DNA of 64,000 nucleotides from Spartobacteria bacterium AMD-G4 (GCA_002290555.1 NEUK01000060.1:2225-66224), one strand, 5' to 3'; numbered from the stretch's first letter, positions 16,925 to 26,309 are shown. Numbers and translations are program-made. Notes: generated from the letters alone by a model not told the origin.

Positions 16925-17854
16925 TCAAGCGCCAGCAAGAATACGCCGTGCCGCCTCAAGGCCTGCCAACCAAGCGGATTCGACCCGCGACTCGCCGAGC
17001 AAATCTCCGGCGAAATGCCATCCATCGGGCAAGGACGGGATCTCCATTTTCTGCGAAATCCGCGCATATCGCCAGCGGTGGGGATGCATGGCCCGAAAAG
17101 CGCTTGAGGGAATTTCCCAGCGCTCCTCCACAAGAACCCGCAAATCCTCAACCCAGCATGCGGGATCATCTTCCAAGCGTGCGCGGCTGAATGGCTCCGA
17201 AGCGTGGGCGATCATCACAGTAAAGCCCTCACCGACACGCCCTGGCTTGTGATTCTCGCACGCTGACCAAGCCAGCGCCTGACCCGAACGGTCACTAACG
17301 GCATACCTCGTTGCCGATAATCCAAGCCGCCCGCCTTCGTAGAGAAAAAGCCCTGCCAGGCACGGAGCGTAGGGATTTTGCACGCTCGAAATCCCAGCCA
17401 GTTTTGCGGTCTGCGGCCAGGGAGCCGTGCTGAGGATGAAGTCGAATTCCTCCTCTCCCACACGGCGATTTTCCACGGCTTCAATTGCCACGCCCGTCCT
17501 CACATCCAATCCCTCGGCCAGAGCCCTCGCCAGCCGGTTGTTGCCTTTCGCATGGAAAAAACGCCCGGCGCTGGGCAACTCCCGACCGACCTCATCCACA
17601 ATCGGCGCTTGAATTTCCAACAAATCCCCTCCACAGGCCGATCTCACCGTGTGCGCAAATTCCGCGTCCCTCATCGTGAAATACTGCGCCCCGTGATCCA
17701 CCGAGTGCCCTTCCCAGCGCTTCGTCGCACACCGCCCGCCCAAGCCGCGCGACTTGTCAAAAACGACCACCCGAAATCCCGCATCGGCCAGCACACGCGC
17801 CGCACCAATTCCAGCCATCCCGGCACCGATTACGGCCAAAGATTTTTTTCCCAT
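16925..17854 (-). CDS. NAD/FAD-dependent oxidoreductase (renalase/COG3380-like amine-oxidase fold)
   Basis: Dinucleotide-binding N-terminus MGKKSLAVIGAGMAGIGAARVLADAGFRVVVFDKSRGLGGRCATKRW...DHGAQYFT, and C-terminal HFAGDLLGESRVESAWLAG. Confidence 0.82.
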   Translation of the reverse strand: MGKKSLAVIGAGMAGIGAARVLADAGFRVVVFDKSRGLGGRCATKRWEGHSVDHGAQYFTMRDAEFAHTVRSACGGDLLEIQAPIVDEVGRELPSAGRFFHAKGNNRLARALAEGLDVRTGVAIEAVENRRVGEEEFDFILSTAPWPQTAKLAGISSVQNPYAPCLAGLFLYEGGRLGLSATRYAVSDRSGQALAWSACENHKPGRVGEGFTVMIAHASEPFSRARLEDDPACWVEDLRVLVEERWEIPSSAFRAMHPHRWRYARISQKMEIPSLPDGWHFAGDLLGESRVESAWLAGLEAARRILAGA

Positions 17855-17989
17855 GCCCAGAAGGCTACATCAGAAGATCATGGGGGGCGCGAGTTTTGAG
17901 GGTCTTTTTTTAACTGGTCTGACGCCTGATTGGCGTAGGAACAGAAAAGACTTTTGCGCTATGGGGCATCTGTGGCTTGAATAGTTTGA

Positions 17990-18862
17990 ATGTCAAAGCA
18001 CGAGATCGAAAACACCCCGCAGGATCAAATTCAGTATCGCGAGTATAAGATTATTTTGCAGGCGCAGCATTTCACCTCCGCGCACGCATTCGTAGATTTT
18101 TGGAGCATCGTGCGAGAGACGGCGAAGAAGTTTGATGTGAAGGTGAAGGAGGCTGAGAACGCTTTTGAGAGCAATGTGCGGGAGGTACTTTTCTACGACA
18201 CGGAGGATTTCGCACTTTATAAAAACCACTTTATCCTGCGTTTGCGCACGCACTACAAGGGCGGCTGGCCACAGGGTATTCCGGAGCTGACCTTCAAATT
18301 CCGCCACCCGGATTTCAAGACGGCGGCGGCGGTGGATGTGCGCCCAGCAGCTTCGGGGGGTATTGCGAGGATCAAATTCAAGGAGGAGCTCCTGCCGCTG
18401 CGGGAGACTCTGGGCGGCACGCGATCGATTTTTTCCCACAACTGCGTTCTGGCGAAGCCTCGCGAGGGCTTGGAGGTGGCGGTGAAGGATCTTGCCTGGG
18501 CTTTTCCAGCCATTCATCAAGTCGGCGCGGACCATGAGACACCGCTGAAACTCGTAAACGACATGGCGGTGGAGGAGGTTCAGGTCGATGTGGGCGAGCT
18601 GCACTTCGGCGGTGGCTTCAATGGCAAAACGACAATCGCCGTGTGGCGAACCCGCAAATACGAAAGAGCCTTCTGCGGCGAATTCGCCTTCCAGTGCCGA
18701 TTCGACAGCGAGGACGAAATTCACAAGTCGAGCCTGCAGCGGGCGGAGGATTTCTACAAAACGCTCCAACTCGACGCTCACGAGTGGGTCTCCCTCGCCA
18801 GCACGAAGACTGCGCTTGTTTATCAAATCGGACAACCTCTCCATGCCACCCGCAGCGAGTAA
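17990..18862 (+). CDS. Hypothetical protein (possibly a CYTH/triphosphate-tunnel-like beta fold, low confidence)
   Basis: 290-aa ORF with normal-looking composition. Alternating charged beta-strand motifs (YREYKIIL, FILRLRTHY, LTFKFRH, RIKFKEE, AFQCRFDSE) faintly recall CYTH-like domains. The equally long antisense ORF (17993-18844 -) is Leu/Arg-rich and judged a shadow. The 3' end overlaps the next gene's start by 20 nt. Confidence 0.65.
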   Translation: MSKHEIENTPQDQIQYREYKIILQAQHFTSAHAFVDFWSIVRETAKKFDVKVKEAENAFESNVREVLFYDTEDFALYKNHFILRLRTHYKGGWPQGIPELTFKFRHPDFKTAAAVDVRPAASGGIARIKFKEELLPLRETLGGTRSIFSHNCVLAKPREGLEVAVKDLAWAFPAIHQVGADHETPLKLVNDMAVEEVQVDVGELHFGGGFNGKTTIAVWRTRKYERAFCGEFAFQCRFDSEDEIHKSSLQRAEDFYKTLQLDAHEWVSLASTKTALVYQIGQPLHATRSE

Positions 18863-19406
18863 TCAACTTGGCGTGGCGGAGATCTTCCGCGCGTTTGCGA
18901 AGATCGGCGTCACCAGCTTCGGCGGAGGCCTTGTGGCCTACCTGCGCGATGCCCTGGTGACAGACAAAAAGTGGATGAGTGAAGAGGAATTCCTCGCGGC
19001 CCTCGAGATCGGCCAGACACTGCCGGGGCTGAACTCCGTGAATGTCGCAATCATCGCCGGCCGAAAACTCGCGGGCCCTTGGGGAGCCTTTGCCGCAGCC
19101 TCGGGCCTTATTCTTCCCGGCGTGGTGCTTTTGCTGGTATTGGGCCTTTTGTATGACCGCTTCCGGCACGATCCAGATGTCGCCGCCGCACTGGCAGGAG
19201 TCGCCGCTGCGGCTGTGGGCCTGCTTCTTCAAGTCACGCTGAAGATCGGCGCCAAGCAATTCCTGAACCTCCGCGATCTGTGTTTTGTTCTGGGCACCTT
19301 TTACCTTGTCGCTTTCCAACATGTCTCGTTGCCAGTGGTTCTGTTCCTCGTGGCCCCCATCGCGATCATTCTTTGCCGACCCGGCAAACTCAAACCCAAG
19401 GCATGA
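18843..19406 (+). CDS. chrA: Chromate transporter family protein, short-chain half 1
   Basis: From the ATG at 18843: MPPAASNQLGVAEIFRAFAKIGVTSFGGGLVAYLRDALVTDKKWMSEEEFLAALEIGQTLPGLNSVNVAIIAG. This is the CHR-family signature. The upstream part of the track ORF is an out-of-context extension. Confidence 0.88.
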   Translation: MPPAASNQLGVAEIFRAFAKIGVTSFGGGLVAYLRDALVTDKKWMSEEEFLAALEIGQTLPGLNSVNVAIIAGRKLAGPWGAFAAASGLILPGVVLLLVLGLLYDRFRHDPDVAAALAGVAAAAVGLLLQVTLKIGAKQFLNLRDLCFVLGTFYLVAFQHVSLPVVLFLVAPIAIILCRPGKLKPKA

Positions 19407-19954
19407 AGGATCTCATTAAAATCCTGAATGTTTTTTGCCTCCTCTCCCTGCTCGCCGTGGGAGGTGGAAGCGCAGTGCTGCCTCAGATGGAACATGAGAC
19501 AGTGAGCCTTCAGCACTGGGTCACAGGGGATCAGTTTGCCACAATCTACAGCCTCGGCCAGATGGCTCCAGGGCCGAACATGTCGATGGTTGCCCTCATC
19601 GGCTGGCAGGCTGCAGGCGGCGCTGGGCTCATTATTGCGCTTGTGGCCTTCTATCTGCCTTCGAGTTTTCTGACCTACGGATGCAGCTATGTGTGGGACA
19701 TCTTCAAGGACAACCCGTGGCGGAACTCGCTGCAGCGCGGCATGGCCCCGATCACGATCGGCCTCATGCTCGCGGGCGTGCATGCTGTGGGGAAGACGGC
19801 ATGCATCAATCCCGACCGCAGCCTGCACTTCAACACCATCACCTGCCTCACCGCCCTGGCTGTGACCGGTATCCTCTTTGCCAAACGAATCAATCCCGCC
19901 CTACTCATGCTCGGCGGCGGCGCGGCCGGCTGGTTTCTACTGCGCGGGCACTGA
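19403..19954 (+). CDS. chrA: Chromate transporter family protein, short-chain half 2
   Basis: From the ATG at 19403 (ATGA overlap with the half-1 stop): MKDLIKILNVFCLLSLLAVGGGSAVLPQMEHETVSLQHWVTGDQFATIYSLGQMAPGPN. The paired short CHR arrangement is known from other bacteria. Confidence 0.88.
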   Translation: MKDLIKILNVFCLLSLLAVGGGSAVLPQMEHETVSLQHWVTGDQFATIYSLGQMAPGPNMSMVALIGWQAAGGAGLIIALVAFYLPSSFLTYGCSYVWDIFKDNPWRNSLQRGMAPITIGLMLAGVHAVGKTACINPDRSLHFNTITCLTALAVTGILFAKRINPALLMLGGGAAGWFLLRGH

Positions 19955-19998
19955 GAGATATCCTCCTGCATCAATTTAGGAAAACTTGGAAGTTGAAG

Positions 19999-21711
19999 AT
20001 GAATGACCTTGGTTTCAAAGCGGCCTGCATAGCACTTCACCTCGCCATTGCAGCGAGTGCATATGCCGTTGCCGGGGACTTTGAAAAACCTCCCGAAAAA
20101 GAAGACATCGATTCTATTTTTCAGGAGGGTTTCACCAAGTCGCTGGAACGCCTAGAATCCATTTTTGTTCTTCATCACAAGCCGACGAGCATTGGTTCAT
20201 CGCTTAACTCGGCGACTGAAAATTTCACGGCATGGCTCGACATCTGGCGCTGGTGCAAAATATTTTCGACCTCGGGCGAGTGGGATTCAGACGCACTGTT
20301 GGATCAGGATCTCGCACGGGAACTCATGAGCGACCCAGTGATCTCACGCATGTTTTTTTCCACGATCTGCGGGCAGGATTCCGTTCCTCAGACTCTCAAG
20401 ACTCTGGGTTCCATCCGCGCAGCCCATCCCAAAAAGTGGCGCGAGTATGCAAGCTTGGCGATTGCTATTGCCGTGGTGAACGACACTCCAGTCCCGCCGT
20501 CATGGCCGCACCATCAAGTGAACCCGCAGCTCGTTCCGAAAATCGTCCTGCCGGTTGAGCAACAATTTTCCCGCTGGGTCACCGCAAATGAGGCCCGGCA
20601 ACTACTTTTAGACCCTCGAAAGCTGTCCCCCTTGCAGCTGAAATTTGTGGTGGATGCCTTTGTCACAGAAGACGAGCTTATGTGGGCGAGAAAAAATGTG
20701 CGCCTGACGCGCGCGACATTCGAGAGGGCCTATTTCCAGATCAGCTACAGCCGCGACAGGCTACATGCTCAGAAATATAATTGGGATGCGGGTGCCTACA
20801 CGCTCGGAGCAATCCGGAAACAGGGTGGCATCTGCGTTGACCAAGCCTACTACGCCGCCATCGCAGGAAAAGCGCTGGGCTTGCCGACATTGTTTTTTAC
20901 CGGCCAAGGCAGCGACGGTGGGCATGCGTGGTTCGGTTATATGCGAAGCGACGACCGGTGGGTCATCGATTGCGGGCGTTATTCGCAGCAAAACTTCACG
21001 GTCGGCGAGGCACTCGATCCGCAGACTTGGCAACCAATCAGCGACCACGAACTGGAACTCCTTGCCGCCCATTTTCGCGACAAGCCAGAATTCACCGCTT
21101 CCATGAACACTCTTGCCGTGGCGGAAATTCTTGAAAATGTCGGCGAGTCGCAGAGAGCTGGTCAGGCCTTCGAAAAGGCCGTGCAACTTTGTCCAAAGAA
21201 TCCGGAGGCTTGGCTCGCCGTTGGCAAATTTTTGGAGCGTAGCGGCTCACCGACAAAGAAACGCATTGCCCTGCATGAACAAGCAGTAACCCAATTTGCC
21301 AACCAAGCGGATTTGAAGGTTTTTCACCAGCAGGCTCTCGCCAACATTTACCAGGAGATGGGCGACACTTCCTCCCTGAAAAAAATCGAGCAGCTTATCC
21401 TTTCGCAAAACAGGCTCAAACGCTCCGACCTGAGCGTTGGCATGGCAGCCAGCCAACTCTCCAACCTCTTAGAGGAAGGAAATATACCGGAGGCGGAAAA
21501 ACTCTTCCGCAGACAAATCCACTCTCTGGGCCAAACGGGAGGCGGCAACTTCTATTACGATATTGCCGAGCCATACATTCGCGTCCTGATTGCAAAAGGA
21601 AACAAGAGCGAGGCTCGTCGTAATATTGCTCTGGTTCGTCGAAAGCTCGCGACAGATTCAGGAGGGATCTTGGGTGCCTCGCTGGATGAACTGGAGGTAT
21701 CAGCAAAATAA
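19999..21711 (+). CDS. Secreted transglutaminase-like cysteine protease-fold protein with C-terminal TPR repeats
   Basis: From the ATG at 19999: MNDLGFKAACIALHLAIAASAYAVAGD (signal peptide). The Cys/His/Asp core is GGICVDQAYYAAIAGKALGLPTLFFTGQGSDGGHAWFGYMRSDDRWVIDCG. The C-terminus is TPR-like (AGQAFEKAVQLCPKNPEAWLAVGKFLERSG...). Confidence 0.8.
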   Translation: MNDLGFKAACIALHLAIAASAYAVAGDFEKPPEKEDIDSIFQEGFTKSLERLESIFVLHHKPTSIGSSLNSATENFTAWLDIWRWCKIFSTSGEWDSDALLDQDLARELMSDPVISRMFFSTICGQDSVPQTLKTLGSIRAAHPKKWREYASLAIAIAVVNDTPVPPSWPHHQVNPQLVPKIVLPVEQQFSRWVTANEARQLLLDPRKLSPLQLKFVVDAFVTEDELMWARKNVRLTRATFERAYFQISYSRDRLHAQKYNWDAGAYTLGAIRKQGGICVDQAYYAAIAGKALGLPTLFFTGQGSDGGHAWFGYMRSDDRWVIDCGRYSQQNFTVGEALDPQTWQPISDHELELLAAHFRDKPEFTASMNTLAVAEILENVGESQRAGQAFEKAVQLCPKNPEAWLAVGKFLERSGSPTKKRIALHEQAVTQFANQADLKVFHQQALANIYQEMGDTSSLKKIEQLILSQNRLKRSDLSVGMAASQLSNLLEEGNIPEAEKLFRRQIHSLGQTGGGNFYYDIAEPYIRVLIAKGNKSEARRNIALVRRKLATDSGGILGASLDELEVSAK

Positions 21712-21716
21712 AAAAA

Positions 21717-21783
21717 CAATCCGGTCGTCCCAAGCCCACTCCCTCCCCCAAGTTTGTGGGCTTTGTTCCCTACGACCGGATTG
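21717..21783 (+). terminator. Long compound hairpin immediately after the 19999-21711 stop (putative terminator or structured element)
   Basis: The outer 12-bp stem pairs caatccggtcgt (21717-21728) with acgaccggattg (21772-21783). The inner 8-bp stem pairs aagcccac (21732-21739) with gtgggctt (21756-21763). It is followed by a weak T tract (tctttat). Confidence 0.5.
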
Positions 21784-22018
21784 TCTTTATGAAAAAGGTA
21801 GCAGCAAAATTCGTGCCAACACTTTTGGGTTCCAAAAAACCATCCTTGCTGTGAAGAAAACTACCTCCCTGTCAGGAAGTTTTTTTTGTAAGTCATTTCC
21901 CGCCAATTTTTCATGTTTTCTCATAGGAAAAACTGAGCGCGCTCCAATCGTGAATCAACCCTCTGTTGAAAAAGCTCCACATCTGTGAGCAACTGGTAAA
22001 AATTCCGCATTCTTTGAC

Positions 22019-22432
22019 ATGACGATCCTTTTCCGAGTTCTTGATTTTTCACTCAACCGCGCCGCCGTGCCAGCAACCCTTTTCGCAATCTGGCTCGCCG
22101 CTCTTCACTATGTCTCAAACCGCGTGCCGACCGATATGCCGGAGATGCTCGTGCCACAGCAGGATAAGATCCTGCACTTTGTTTTTTTTCTCGGTGGGGG
22201 AATGGCGCTGACGGCCTCTCTGCGCCTTCTGGCGAGGCTCCGAGGTTTCCCACTGCTCTTCGTGGTGGTCTTGGCGATGGGCTTTCTCGGCGCCCTCGAC
22301 GAATACAATCAGCAATTCATCCCAGGGCGCTCCGGGGTGAGCATTGAAGACTGGATCGCCGATCTGAGCGGGGCTTTTGCTGGTGTGGGGATTTTGCATC
22401 TCCTCGTTGCATTTCTCCAAAAGAAAAAATAG
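22019..22432 (+). CDS. VanZ-family membrane protein
   Basis: 137 aa with four hydrophobic segments. Motifs: DKILHFVFFLGGGMALT...LDEYNQQFIPGRSGVSIEDWIADLSGAFAGVGI. Confidence 0.8.
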   Translation: MTILFRVLDFSLNRAAVPATLFAIWLAALHYVSNRVPTDMPEMLVPQQDKILHFVFFLGGGMALTASLRLLARLRGFPLLFVVVLAMGFLGALDEYNQQFIPGRSGVSIEDWIADLSGAFAGVGILHLLVAFLQKKK

Positions 22433-23123
22433 CAGCCGCTCCAAAGGTCGAAGTTCAGATATCCGGTCCTCCACCCATTCGTTTCCGCATCGCGAGAAAA
22501 CCGGATCACCCCCGTTTTGCCCGGAAAGCCACGTCCATTCAAAGATCAGCAACAATCCATGAGCAATGGTGTTTTTTTAAGTTGGATCCGGCGATGGAAT
22601 AGTTTTAGCAAAATTAACCGAATTAAAAGAATGACTTACAGAGAATCAGCCAGCTCTGAAAGTGTCCCCGCTTTTGGCTGCATGTCCTTTTGGTGCAATT
22701 CTGTTCATTTTGTTAGTTGATTCCCTGCGAACACCCTTCGGGCTGCCTGCGGCAGTCTTTCTCCGCTTCGCTCCGATTCTGTCTAAAATCCGTTCTCGGG
22801 TTTAACCACGAGTAGAACGAGTTTTCATGAATGGGGAGCGGCTTTGCCGGAGAATTTCATAGGCTGCAGTCATAGCAAAAGCCAATTGCATTCCTACTTC
22901 TGGAAAGTGGCGCGGTAGCGCCCTGTCCCGGGGAGCGCGCCCACTCCACGAGAGTGTCCCGCGCTGTGACATCCGAGCAGATCGGGCTCATTCGTTTTTC
23001 CAGCGAATCAAGATGTCTGAAGTTCCGAAAGGCAAACGCGTGCAAGCGAGACAGGGCCTGGGGCTCCGGTGCAGTCTCTTGCTTGGAGATCGCACATTTT
23101 GCTTCCCGATTGTTTCACGTAAA

Positions 23124-23160
23124 ATCAAAAAAACGCGCCCTGCGGACAGGACGCGTTTTT
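23124..23160 (-). terminator. Rho-independent terminator ending the ribosomal cluster after rpsD (flanking A and T runs make it potentially bidirectional)
   Basis: The minus strand reads ACGCGTCCTG-TCCG-CAGGGCGCGT, a 10-bp stem with one G-U pair and a 4-nt loop, followed by TTTTTTT. It lies ~35 nt downstream of the rpsD stop at 23192. Confidence 0.85.
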
Positions 23161-23191
23161 CTCTTTGGTGGGAAACCGGTGTAGCTCGCTG

Positions 23192-23803
23192 TTAGCGGGC
23201 GTAAAGTTCGACGACGAGTTGTTCGTTGACGATGGGATTGATTTCTTGACGTGTGGGGATACGGACGACGCTGCCGCTCAGGTTGTCTTTATCGACAAGA
23301 AGCCAATCTGGAACGGTGACAATCTGAGTGAGTTCGACTCCGCGCTTGGCGAGGCGGGTGGATTTGTCATTGCTCTTGATGGCAACAACATCGCCGGGCT
23401 TGAGATTCATCGAGGAGATGTCGGTTTTGCGTCCATTGACGGTGACATGTCCGTGGCCAACCATCTGGCGTGCTCCGCGGAGCGTCTTGGAGAAGCCCAT
23501 TTTTTGAACGACATTGTCGAGACGGGTTTCGAGGAGTTGGAGGAGAATCTCACCGGTGACGCCGCGGCGGCGGCTGGCAATCTGGAAGTAGCGGCGGAAT
23601 TGGCGCTCCAGAACCCCATACTGGTGGCGGAGCTTTTGTTTCTCGGCGAGGGCGATCGAATAATCGGTCTGTTTGCGGCGGGAGCCCTTAGGTCCGTGTT
23701 GGCCGGGAGGGTAGTTCTTGTTCTCGAATGCTTTTGGTGAGCCGCTGATCAGAACGCCATAGCGGCGGCTGACTTTGGTCTTGGGTCCTGTGTAACGTGC
23801 CAT
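23192..23803 (-). CDS. rpsD: 30S ribosomal protein S4
   Basis: MARYTGPKTKVSRRYGVLISGSPKAFENKNYPPGQHGPKGSRRKQTDYSIALAEKQKLRHQYG... Confidence 0.97.
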   Translation of the reverse strand: MARYTGPKTKVSRRYGVLISGSPKAFENKNYPPGQHGPKGSRRKQTDYSIALAEKQKLRHQYGVLERQFRRYFQIASRRRGVTGEILLQLLETRLDNVVQKMGFSKTLRGARQMVGHGHVTVNGRKTDISSMNLKPGDVVAIKSNDKSTRLAKRGVELTQIVTVPDWLLVDKDNLSGSVVRIPTRQEINPIVNEQLVVELYAR

Positions 23804-23936
23804 GAAGAGTTTTAAGTTTTAAGGTTTAGGTTTTTAAGTTGGTGGTGGTGTAGTGGAGTTCTTGGCTTCGGGTCCCGCTTGAGGCGTGATTTTTTTTCTT
23901 AAAACTTGAGACTTGGAAGATAAAACTCCGACAGGA

Positions 23937-24608
23937 TCAGACTCGGCGTTGCTTTGGCGGGCGGCAGCCGTTGTGGGGAATCGGGGTAACGTCGCAGATG
24001 ATCGTGACATCGAGGCCGATGGCCTGCATGGCGCGGACTGCGGATTCGCGGCCCGAGCCAGGACCCTTGACGCGCACTTCTACTTCTTTCAGGCCGTGGC
24101 CCATGGCTTGACGGCAGGCATCTTGCGCTGCCATCTGGGCGGCGTAAGCGGTGCTTTTGCGGGAGCCCTTAAAGCCACACTTGCCTGCACTGGACCATCC
24201 GATGATAGCGCCCCGAAGGTCGGTGATGCTGATGATCGTATTGTTGAAGCTCGCTTGAACGTGGGCGATACCCTGTATGATGTTCTTGCTGCCTTTGGCC
24301 TTGACGATTTTGATCGGCTCAATGGTGTCATCCAGCGAAATGCTAATCGGCGTGGGAGCTGCTGCGGTTGCTTTTTCTGCGCCGGCAGCTTTTTTCCCCT
24401 TGGGAGCCGCTTTGGCTTTTGGAGCTTTCTTCGCGGGAGCCTCTGCAGTTGTAGCGGGTGCATCAGCGACTGCGGAGATTGCAGCAGGCGTCTCGACGGC
24501 TACGGCAGGAGCTTCGGCGGTCGGGGCGGGTGCCTCAACGACTACAGCGGGAGTTGCTGGAGCACTCTCGAGCGGAGCCTCGGTTGGTTTTGTGTTTTCT
24601 TCACTCAT
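23937..24608 (-). CDS. rpsK: 30S ribosomal protein S11 with an ~90-aa Ala/Pro/Glu/Lys-rich N-terminal extension
   Basis: The C-terminal ~125 aa is canonical S11 ([52 protein letters not shown]...[45 protein letters not shown]). The ATG at 24608 lies 19 nt after the rpsM stop, and there is no in-frame Met before the S11 core. Confidence 0.93.
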   Translation of the reverse strand: MSEENTKPTEAPLESAPATPAVVVEAPAPTAEAPAVAVETPAAISAVADAPATTAEAPAKKAPKAKAAPKGKKAAGAEKATAAAPTPISISLDDTIEPIKIVKAKGSKNIIQGIAHVQASFNNTIISITDLRGAIIGWSSAGKCGFKGSRKSTAYAAQMAAQDACRQAMGHGLKEVEVRVKGPGSGRESAVRAMQAIGLDVTIICDVTPIPHNGCRPPKQRRV

Positions 24609-24627
24609 ACTTCAGTAAAATGCGGGA

Positions 24628-25023
24628 TTAGACTTTGCCGGCTTTGGCGTCTTTGTTGCGCTGAACGCCCACGGTTTTGCGTGGTCCCTTACGGGTGCGG
24701 GCATTGGTGGATGTGCGCTGGCCACGGACAGGAAGGCCACGGCGATGACGGATGCCACGGTAGCAGTTAATGGCTTGAAGGCGCTTGAGGTTACCTTGAA
24801 CCTCACGGCGCAGGTCGCCTTCGATCGCAATTTTGTTGGCGTTGATCGCGTGGATGATCGCATTGAGTTGCTCTGGCGAGAGGTCTTTGGCACGCGCATT
24901 GGGGTCAATGTTCGCCTGTTCGAGGACTTTCTTTGTGTTGCTCGGCCCCATTCCGTAAATATAGGGAAGGGAAGCTTCGATGCGTTTGTCGCCGGGGATG
25001 TCTACTCCGAGTAAGCGTGGCAT
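24628..25023 (-). CDS. rpsM: 30S ribosomal protein S13
   Basis: [52 protein letters not shown]... Confidence 0.97.
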   Translation of the reverse strand: MPRLLGVDIPGDKRIEASLPYIYGMGPSNTKKVLEQANIDPNARAKDLSPEQLNAIIHAINANKIAIEGDLRREVQGNLKRLQAINCYRGIRHRRGLPVRGQRTSTNARTRKGPRKTVGVQRNKDAKAGKV

Positions 25024-25056
25024 AGTATTGGTGTTTGGGATTCGGCTGCGGATGGA

Positions 25057-25170
25057 TCAGCCCTGTTTTTGTTTGTGACGCGGGTTTTTGCAAACAACGC
25101 GGATCACGTTTTGTCGGCGCACAATTTTGCACGCTTCACACAGTCTTTTTACTGAGGCTCTAACTTTCAT
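25057..25170 (-). CDS. rpmJ: 50S ribosomal protein L36
   Basis: Not in the ORF track because it is too short. Manual minus-strand translation gives [37 protein letters not shown] (37 aa, CxxC...C...H zinc pattern). Its ATG overlaps the infA stop (ATGA). Confidence 0.93.
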   Translation of the reverse strand: MKVRASVKRLCEACKIVRRQNVIRVVCKNPRHKQKQG

Positions 25171-25421
25171 TTTCTTTTATTTGGTTGAAATGATGATGAT
25201 TCGTTTTTATGGCGGTAGGTGATGCGCCCTTTGGTCAGGTCGTAGGGCGACATTTCCAACATGACGCGGTCTCCAGGAAGAATGCGAATGAAGTGGAGAC
25301 GCATCTTGCCGGAGATGTGGGCGAGGACACGATGACCGTTCTCAAGTTCAATCCTGAACATGGTATTTGGTAAAAGTTCAACAACCTTGCCTCCTACTTC
25401 GATAGCGTCTTTCTTGGCCAT
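25167..25421 (-). CDS. infA: Translation initiation factor IF-1 (with a ~12-aa C-terminal tail)
   Basis: From the ATG at 25421: [72 protein letters not shown] followed by [12 protein letters not shown]. The upstream part of the track ORF lies inside map. Confidence 0.95.
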   Translation of the reverse strand: MAKKDAIEVGGKVVELLPNTMFRIELENGHRVLAHISGKMRLHFIRILPGDRVMLEMSPYDLTKGRITYRHKNESSSFQPNKRK

Positions 25422-26170
25422 GTCAATACTTCTGGAGCGTGATCTGTAATTAAAACGGTATGCTCGAAGTGAGCTGAGGGAAGGCCGTCGGCTGTAACAG
25501 CAGTCCACTTGTCGGCGAGAACCTTGACCTCTGCTCGGCCCATATTGATCATAGGCTCGATGGCGAGTGTCATGCCGGCTTTGAGTTTGGGACCGCTGCC
25601 GCGCTTGCCGAAATTGGGAACTTGGGGATCCTCATGAAGCTTCCGGCCGACTCCGTGGCCAACGAATTCACGCACGACGCTGAAGCCATTTTTAACGGCC
25701 TCCGTTTCGACGAAGTTTGAAATGTCACCAACACGATGCCCAGGGCGGGCAAGTTGCACGGCGCCATGGAGAATTTCTTCGGTTACAGTCAAAAGACGCT
25801 CAACTTCAGGGTCGATGATACCCACGGCCACCGAAGTGGCGTTGTCACCGATCCATCCATCGCGAATGATACCTACATCCATTTTGACAATGTCGCCATA
25901 GGCAATCGCGCGGGAGCTTCCAATGCCATGAACGACCTCTTCATTGAGGCTAATGCAGATGTGACCCGGAAACTTTTTGTATCCAAGAAAAGCACTACGG
26001 ACGCCTGCCGCAGACATGAGCTGAGCCGCCGCGTGGTCAATCTGGCCAGTGGTGACCCCAGGGGCTATCCGAGAGGCGAGCTCGTTGAGGATGGCGGCAG
26101 CAACCTCGCCAGCCTGCCTCATCTTCTCGATTTCATGTGGACGCTTGATAGTGATCACACGGCCTCCCAT
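25394..26170 (-). CDS. map: Methionine aminopeptidase type I
   Basis: From the ATG at 26170: [31 protein letters not shown]...[23 protein letters not shown]...GDIVKMDVG...GWIGDNA...[18 protein letters not shown]...[11 protein letters not shown]...[10 protein letters not shown]. The 3' end overlaps the infA start by 28 nt. Confidence 0.95.
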   Translation of the reverse strand: MGGRVITIKRPHEIEKMRQAGEVAAAILNELASRIAPGVTTGQIDHAAAQLMSAAGVRSAFLGYKKFPGHICISLNEEVVHGIGSSRAIAYGDIVKMDVGIIRDGWIGDNATSVAVGIIDPEVERLLTVTEEILHGAVQLARPGHRVGDISNFVETEAVKNGFSVVREFVGHGVGRKLHEDPQVPNFGKRGSGPKLKAGMTLAIEPMINMGRAEVKVLADKWTAVTADGLPSAHFEHTVLITDHAPEVLTWPRKTLSK

Positions 26171-26309
26171 GTGTTGAAGTAGGAAAAAAAATTGCGAGTG
26201 AAGCCACCCAAACTTTTTGATATTTCGCCGGAGCAACATTCAATCTCCCTGAGGGTTGCACGCAAAGAGGACACTTCGACCGGAATCTTCAGGAAAACGA
26301 ACACAAGCT

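Noticed and set aside
17993-18844. 283-aa minus-strand ORF mirroring the 17990-18862 + ORF
   Set aside because: Both frames are open. The minus product is strongly Leu/Arg/Ala-biased (an antisense signature), while the + product has balanced composition and is translationally linked to the downstream chrA genes. There is residual uncertainty because the + product has no confirmed family.
21788-21853. 21-codon ORF MKKVAAKFVPTLLGSKKPSLL right after the compound hairpin
   Set aside because: It is too short to support from sequence alone, with no obvious ribosome-binding site or known family.
22908-22925. GCGGTAGCG, a 9-nt match to the core of the E. coli RfaH ops element (GGCGGTAGnnTG)
   Set aside because: It lies on the + strand in a gap with no downstream + strand operon, far from the NusG-paralog locus. 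It also forms part of a local GC hairpin (ggcgc-ggta-gcgcc). It is most likely coincidental.
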